A stretch of 57,759 bases of DNA from an uncultured Oscillospiraceae bacterium (GTDB lineage: Bacteria > Bacillota > Clostridia > Oscillospirales > Acutalibacteraceae): NCBI GenBank assembly GCA_902478455.1, contig CABSLJ010000001.1, positions 1 through 57,759 on the forward strand, in the 5' to 3' direction. The notes under the pieces were generated by a model. It worked only from the letters and a program-made list of their open reading frames with translations. It was not told the origin of the DNA and ran no database searches. Position 1 is the stretch's first letter, and each line of letters starts with the position of its first letter. This document shows positions 52,682 to 57,759 of the stretch, one piece after another. Made by a program: the position numbers and the translations under genes.

Positions 52682-55469
52682 CCGCGCGCTTGCGCTTTTG
52701 ATGGTCTGCCTTCTGCTGTGTTCCGCCTTGTGCGTTCCCGTCGCCGCGCAGGAGAGCGTCCTCTCCATCGGTACCAGGGAGGAGTGGCTCGCCTTTGCGG
52801 AAAACTGCCGGACCGACGCCTACTCCAAGGGGCTTTCGGTGCGTCTGACGGCGGACATTGACCTCTCCGGCGCGGAGAAGCCCGTCGTTCCGGTCTTCTG
52901 CGGCAGTTTTGACGGCGCAGGACACAGCGTCACGGGCTTTGTGCTGGACACGGAGAGCGACGACCAGGGCCTCTTTCGCTATCTGACCCAAGAGGCGGTG
53001 GTGCGCGGCCTCCGGCTCGAGGCGTCCGTCACCGGCCGGGGAGAGGCCTCGGGAATCGGCGGAATCTGCGGCAGCAACCGCGGGCTGATCGAGAACTGCG
53101 CCGTTTCAGGCGATGTCTCGGGCTATGAGCAGGTCGGCGGCGTCGCGGGCGTCAACGAGGCGGAGGGCCGGATCAAAGACTCTTCCTCCTCCGCTGTGCT
53201 CGCGGGCACCTACCAGACGGGCGGCATCGCCGGGAGCAACGCGGGCTCCATAGAATCCTGTCAAAACACCGGAGACATCAATCTGGAGGCCAACGGATCG
53301 GCCACAAACACCGGAGGAATCGCCGGCGTCAACGAGGGCGTGATCCTCCGCTGCTCCAACGCTGCGGACGTCGGCTATCTCCACACCGGCTATAACGTCG
53401 GCGGTATTGCCGGACGCAACAACGGCTTTGTAAACGGCGGTGTCAATTCCGGGAACATCCTAGGCCGGAGAGACGTCGGCGGCATCGCCGGGCAGATGGA
53501 GCCCTCCTTTCAACTGGAATACGCCCAAAGCGCCATGGCGCTTCTGGACGAAAGCGTCTCTGATTTTACCGGCCGGCTCAATGGGACCGCCTCCGCCCTG
53601 CAAGGGATGATCGAGGACGGCGCGGCCGGGCTGCAGGACATTTTCTCCGACCTCTCGGCCTTTTCGCAGGGACTCAGCGGAGACGTCGACGCCCTTTTCC
53701 AGAACATGACCTGGAAGGAAGAGGTTCAGGCTGCGCGCGACGCCATTCTCGCCGAGCTCGAGAACATCAGGGACAGCCTGCCCGACCCCTCCGCGGTCGC
53801 AGGCCTTCTGCGGGAAATTGAGACGCTGCTCGGCCGGTTTGAGAGCGCGCCTCCCCTGGAATGGCTCCGCCTTGTGCGGGAACTGTCCGGAAAGCTTTCC
53901 GAACTGTCCGCCCTGCTTCAGGGCTTTGATTTGCCCGCAGGCAGTCTGGAAAGACTCGCCGCAGGCTTTGCCGACCTGTCCTCCGCCGTGGTGAACGGCC
54001 TGCATCAGTTTGGGGAGGGAAGCGCCGGCGTGCTGGAGAACGCCTCGTCCTCCCTTGCGGCCCTGACGCAGGGGATCGACGCCTTTTTAAAGGACGCGTC
54101 TTCCGCTTCCTCCGAACTGCGGACGGAAGTGTCCGGCCTTTCCGGAACGCTTGCCGAGCTGCACAAGCGCGTGGAGGATGTGCTCGCAGGCAGGGAAGAG
54201 ACGGTGGAGGACCTTTCGGAGCTCGTCGAACGCCAGGCCGATGGGATGATTGTATCGGCCGGGAACACCGGGAAGGTCTCGGGGGATTACAACATCGGCG
54301 GCGTGGTGGGAAACCTTTCGGTCGAGCTTTCCCTCGATCAGGAGGAGACCTCCCTTCCGACGGCCGACGAGCTGCTTTTTTCCGACGTTACCCTCTACGT
54401 CAAGGCGACGGTTTACGCCTGTGAAAACGCGGGAGAGATTTCCGCCAAGTACGACTGCGCCGGGGGGATCATCGGCTACGGAAGGCGCGGCGCGGTTATA
54501 GAGAATCGGAATGCGGGCAACATATCGGCAGGGGAACGCTATGCCGGCGGCGTGGCGGGGAACTTCCTGGGAACGGTCCGCGGCTGCCTGAGTCTGTCCC
54601 TGGTCGCGGCCTCCTCCTATGCAGGCGGCATCGCGGGGCAGGCCAAGCAGGTGGAGGACTGCGCCGCCGTTCCATGGATCGAATCGGACGGCGCTTACGT
54701 CGGAGCGATTGCAGGCGCGCTGACCGGCTCGGGCGCACGCAATGTCTTTGTGCATGAAAAGCTTGGCGGAGTGGACAACATCAGCTGCGAGGGAATCGCC
54801 ACGCCGGTGGACTACCAGACCCTGATGGCGCAGGAAACGCCGCCCGAGCTTTTCCGCACGGTGACGCTCCGCTTTGAGGTGGACGGCGCTGTGTGGAAGG
54901 AGATCACCCTTCCCTACGGCGAAGGTCTGAACGAGCTGCCCGCCGGCCCCGAACAGGAGGGCAAATACTGGACATGGGAGACCTTTGACGCCGACTGCGT
55001 CCGCTACAGCCGTACGGTCGGCGGCAGCTGGAGCAACCTGATCGCCACCATTTCCACCGGGGAGGAAAAGCCTCTGTTTCTGGCGGAGGGCGCGTTTCTT
55101 CCCGGCGTCCGTCTGGAGGCTGTGGAGAACGCCGGCGCGGGGGACGCCTGCCCGGGTCTTACTCTGTTGGCGGCCTATGAGCTCCATGTGTCCGATCCCG
55201 CCTGTGAACGGATGGTCGTCCGTTTTCTGACCGAAGAGGAGGGGGAAATTTACGTCCCCACCGCGCAAGGCCTGCAGCCCATTCCCCACCGCCGGGACGG
55301 TAGCTACATCGTCTTCGAGCTGGAAAACGGACAGAGCTTTCTTTATGCGGCCAAGGAGGAGGCCGACCGCCTGGCACCGATGCTGGTCGCGGCTGGGGGA
55401 ATTCTCCTTGCCGTAGGGTGCGTCCTGCTGTGGTACCGCGTCGGCAGAAGGCGCAGAAGCAGGGGATAG
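52662..55469 (+). CDS. large cell-surface protein with two blocks of GLUG-type repeats, a central helical region and a C-terminal TM anchor
   Basis: The start MTHRTSNRALALLMVCLLLCSALCVPVAAQE is a signal peptide after GGAGGTGG, and it overlaps the MMPL gene by 20 nt. Repeats include (V/T/A)GGIAG.N.G.I..C.N.G.I. The C-terminal LAPMLVAAGGILLAVGCVLLWYRVGRRRRSRG forms the anchor. Confidence 0.75.
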   Translation: MTHRTSNRALALLMVCLLLCSALCVPVAAQESVLSIGTREEWLAFAENCRTDAYSKGLSVRLTADIDLSGAEKPVVPVFCGSFDGAGHSVTGFVLDTESDDQGLFRYLTQEAVVRGLRLEASVTGRGEASGIGGICGSNRGLIENCAVSGDVSGYEQVGGVAGVNEAEGRIKDSSSSAVLAGTYQTGGIAGSNAGSIESCQNTGDINLEANGSATNTGGIAGVNEGVILRCSNAADVGYLHTGYNVGGIAGRNNGFVNGGVNSGNILGRRDVGGIAGQMEPSFQLEYAQSAMALLDESVSDFTGRLNGTASALQGMIEDGAAGLQDIFSDLSAFSQGLSGDVDALFQNMTWKEEVQAARDAILAELENIRDSLPDPSAVAGLLREIETLLGRFESAPPLEWLRLVRELSGKLSELSALLQGFDLPAGSLERLAAGFADLSSAVVNGLHQFGEGSAGVLENASSSLAALTQGIDAFLKDASSASSELRTEVSGLSGTLAELHKRVEDVLAGREETVEDLSELVERQADGMIVSAGNTGKVSGDYNIGGVVGNLSVELSLDQEETSLPTADELLFSDVTLYVKATVYACENAGEISAKYDCAGGIIGYGRRGAVIENRNAGNISAGERYAGGVAGNFLGTVRGCLSLSLVAASSYAGGIAGQAKQVEDCAAVPWIESDGAYVGAIAGALTGSGARNVFVHEKLGGVDNISCEGIATPVDYQTLMAQETPPELFRTVTLRFEVDGAVWKEITLPYGEGLNELPAGPEQEGKYWTWETFDADCVRYSRTVGGSWSNLIATISTGEEKPLFLAEGAFLPGVRLEAVENAGAGDACPGLTLLAAYELHVSDPACERMVVRFLTEEEGEIYVPTAQGLQPIPHRRDGSYIVFELENGQSFLYAAKEEADRLAPMLVAAGGILLAVGCVLLWYRVGRRRRSRG

Positions 55470-55572
55470 AAGACAACGACAGACAATCTGCCGCATCTCT
55501 TGACGAAGATCAGAAAAGGCGACATGCTCCCCGGTCAGGGGCGCATATCGCCTTTTTGTTTTCCGGCGGCGG

Positions 55573-56277
55573 TTACCGCCGTTCGCAGGGGAGGGAAAGC
55601 AGGCGGCGCACGGTCAGCCTTGCGGCCTCCACCGTGAACCACACCTCATATCCGGCAAATTCCAGCTTGTAGACCCGGTCGGGCGCGTCCTGATACCCGG
55701 GACGCGGGTCCTGCGCGAGCACCTGAAGCAGTCCCGCGCGCAGACCGGGTTCCACGCGCTCCAGAAGCGCATCGGGAAAGTCTACGGAGAGCGCCCCCTC
55801 CTTCCGCTGAAGCGCAAAGCCCCCCGCGGCGTCGGGATGGGAATCGGTGTAGGGGAGATAGGGCTTGATGTCGTAAATGGGACTGCCGTCCATCAGATCC
55901 GCGCCGGAGACGTACAGCACCGGCCCTTCGGCGGTGTGCAGCCTGATGCCCTCGAGCCGCACCGAAGAAAGGCCGATGGCGTTCGGCCGGAAGGGGGAGC
56001 GGGTGGCGAAGACGCCCATCCGCTTGTTGCCGCCAAGGCGCGGCGGCCGGACGGTGGGGGACCAGCCTTCCCGCATGGCTTCGGAAAACTGCCACAGCAG
56101 CCAGATGTGGGAAAAGCCCTCCAATCCCCGCAAAGCGTCGGGATTGCGGTATTCCGGCTCGAAGACAACGGTCGCCCGCAGGGCGTCCGCCAGCCCGCTC
56201 TGGCGCGGGATGCCGAACTTCGTGGGAAAATCGCTTCTGATGTGCGCGATGATGTGCAGCGGTACGGCTCGGGACAT
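55573..56277 (-). CDS. trmO: tRNA (m6t6A37) methyltransferase TrmO (TsaA/YaeB family)
   Basis: The start MSRAVPL follows AAAGGAG. IAHIRSDFPTKFGIPRQSGL, RPNAIGLS and DGSPIYDIKPY are typical TsaA motifs. Confidence 0.85.
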   Translation of the reverse strand: MSRAVPLHIIAHIRSDFPTKFGIPRQSGLADALRATVVFEPEYRNPDALRGLEGFSHIWLLWQFSEAMREGWSPTVRPPRLGGNKRMGVFATRSPFRPNAIGLSSVRLEGIRLHTAEGPVLYVSGADLMDGSPIYDIKPYLPYTDSHPDAAGGFALQRKEGALSVDFPDALLERVEPGLRAGLLQVLAQDPRPGYQDAPDRVYKLEFAGYEVWFTVEAARLTVRRLLSLPCERR

Positions 56278-56407
56278 AAAACGACTCCTTTCCGCCCGGC
56301 GGGGACGGAGCATTCTTGCAGAATAAAACGGAATCAGGGCGCGGTTGGTTGGCGGCCTTCTCAGGCGGATGCGGATGGGGATTCCAGGTTCCGCTTTTCC
56401 CGCTTTA

Positions 56408-56458
56408 TTTTACAATAAAAACAAGAGAAAGTCGATTGCCTCGTACAATCGACTTTCT
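56408..56458 (-). terminator. intrinsic terminator after the GH13 gene
   Basis: On the minus strand: AGAAAGTCGATTG-TACGAGG-CAATCGACTTTCT followed by CTTGTTTTTATT. Confidence 0.8.
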
Positions 56459-56511
56459 TTTCGATCCATATTTTTATATCCTGTCTGTACAACGTTCCCT
56501 CTGCCGGGGCC

Positions 56512-57759
56512 TTACAGCAGATAGGCTGCCGCTTCATACGGCTGCAAAAGCTTCGCACTGTGCGCCTCATAGTTGGAGATCAGCGGTTTGCCGCCTTCCG
56601 GGTCATGCAGGGGGCAAGCCGCCGTTTCCCCGGTAAAGTTGCATAGCACCCGCAGCCGTTTTCCCTGATACTCCCGTTCATAGGCCCAGAAGCAATCCGA
56701 TTCCCCGTCGAGCAGACGGTAGCCTCCTTCCACGATGAGCTCCATTCCGTGCCGCAGGGCGATCAGCCTTTTGTAGTAGGAGAAGACCGAATCCGGGTCG
56801 TTTACCTGGTTTTGTGCGTTGATATAGCTGTGGTTGGGGTTTACCTCAATCCACGGCGCGCCGCCGGTAAAGCCCGCCTGAGGGGAGGCGTCCCACTGCA
56901 TGGGGGTGCGGGCGTTGTCCCGGCTGCGCAGCCCGAGGCAGCGCAGCATCCTTTCTTCGGAAATGAGTCCCGCCCCTGTGAGCTCCTCATACATGTGCAG
57001 GCTTTCGACGTCCCGGTACTGCTCCAGGCGGGTAAAGCCCGCGCCGGTCATGCCCAGCTCTTCGCCCTGGTAAATGTAGGGCGTGCCTTTGAGCAGGTGC
57101 AGGCAGGTGGCGAGCATTTTGGCGGAGAGGACGCGGTGTTCCTCCTTCTCGCTGCCAAAACGGGAGACGGCCCGCGGCTGGTCGTGATTGCTCCAGTACA
57201 GACTGTTCCAGGCGACGCCTTCAAGCCCCTCCTGCCAGCGGCTGATGACCGCGCGCAGCTCCTTGAGGGAAAAACGCTCCTCGGTCCACTTGCCCAGGGG
57301 GCCGTTGCCGATTTCCACGTGCTCGAATTCAAAGACCATGGAAAGCTCGCTTCCGTCGGCTCTGGCGTATTTTTTGGCCTCCTCCAGCGTGACGCCCGCC
57401 GTCTCGCCCACCGTCATCAGATCGTGGAGGGAGAGCACCTCCCGGTTCATTTCCTGCAGGTAGTCGTGCACCTTGGGCCCGTTGAACACATAAGGCCCGG
57501 CGTCTCCGTAAAGGCCGCCGTGCTTCTCGCCGTCGGGCAGGCCGGGGTGCTTGGAGATCATACTGATGACGTCCATGCGGAAGCCGTCGATCCCCTTTTG
57601 GCACCACCATTCCATCATGTCGTACACCTCGCGGCGCACGGCCGGGTTTTCCCAGTTGAGGTCGGGCTGTTCCTTTGCGAACATATGCAGGTAATACTGC
57701 GCGGTGGCCTGGTCGTAATCCCAGGCGCTGCCGCCGAAGGTGCCGCCCCAGTTGTTGGG
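56512..57759 (-). CDS. GH13 alpha-glucosidase / oligo-1,6-glucosidase family enzyme (5' end outside the window)
   Basis: The reading frame is open to the window edge (PNNWGGTFGGSAWDYDQATAQYYLHMFAKEQPDLNWENP). GIDGFRMDVI carries the catalytic Asp region. VGET (Glu) and NHDQPR are also present. Confidence 0.88.
   Translation of the reverse strand, partial: PNNWGGTFGGSAWDYDQATAQYYLHMFAKEQPDLNWENPAVRREVYDMMEWWCQKGIDGFRMDVISMISKHPGLPDGEKHGGLYGDAGPYVFNGPKVHDYLQEMNREVLSLHDLMTVGETAGVTLEEAKKYARADGSELSMVFEFEHVEIGNGPLGKWTEERFSLKELRAVISRWQEGLEGVAWNSLYWSNHDQPRAVSRFGSEKEEHRVLSAKMLATCLHLLKGTPYIYQGEELGMTGAGFTRLEQYRDVESLHMYEELTGAGLISEERMLRCLGLRSRDNARTPMQWDASPQAGFTGGAPWIEVNPNHSYINAQNQVNDPDSVFSYYKRLIALRHGMELIVEGGYRLLDGESDCFWAYEREYQGKRLRVLCNFTGETAACPLHDPEGGKPLISNYEAHSAKLLQPYEAAAYLL

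Noticed and set aside
1-57759. tRNA, rRNA, tmRNA genes, transposases, integrases and recombinases.
   Set aside because: - I scanned for TPsiC-arm-like GGTTCGAATCC/GGTTCAAATCC strings, rRNA-like blocks and DDE, serine or tyrosine recombinase-like ORFs.
- None were found.
- smpB/ssrA do not follow rnr here.

Overview
This 57.8-kb window is a chromosomal segment from a high-GC Gram-positive anaerobe (about 60% GC by eye, not computed). Gene content and order fit a spore-forming Clostridia genome of the Oscillospiraceae/Ruminococcaceae type. Supporting signs are bofA, a yaaL-like gene, the tilS-hpt-ftsH and gdpP-rplI-dnaB blocks, secG-rnr, and a T-box-controlled serS.

Most of the window is housekeeping:
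- RNA and DNA metabolism: RNase HI, RNase J, RNase R, a second type IIA topoisomerase pair, and TrmO.
- c-di-AMP phosphodiesterase GdpP, L9, DnaB, TilS, Hpt and FtsH.
- Transporters: a NitT/TauT-type ABC importer, a MarR-controlled heterodimeric ABC exporter, an NCS2 nucleobase permease, a membrane pyrophosphatase, and an MMPL/RND-type transporter.
- A Cache-GGDEF(degenerate)-EAL protein and a partial GH13 glucosidase at the right edge.

I found no tRNA, rRNA, CRISPR array, transposase or integrase.

The unusual material is non-coding or accessory:
1. A roughly 1.6-kb structure at 21478-23055 sits between the topoisomerase A gene and the marR promoter. It has 2.4 tandem copies of a 108-bp hairpin-rich unit, followed by about 235-bp and 300-bp imperfect inverted repeats. 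These enclose an AT-richer two-gene cassette (a ribbon-helix-helix protein plus a small acidic helical protein) with its own consensus promoter and palindromic operator.
2. A threefold tandem repeat with conserved sequence boxes and sequence-variable hairpins lies in the 900-bp divergent rnhA/rnj intergenic region.
3. A single 1058-aa polypeptide fuses an Endonuclease-Q-like PHP/zinc-finger nuclease to a complete UvrD-type SF1 helicase.
4. A long promoter-proximal leader with an intrinsic terminator precedes hppA.
5. An AT-rich divergent XRE/XRE switch-like island lies next to a cluster of GC-rich REP-like palindromes.
6. A translationally coupled TetR-MMPL-GLUG surface-protein operon is present.

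All calls rest on reading the sequence and the ORF translations. No database search was run.
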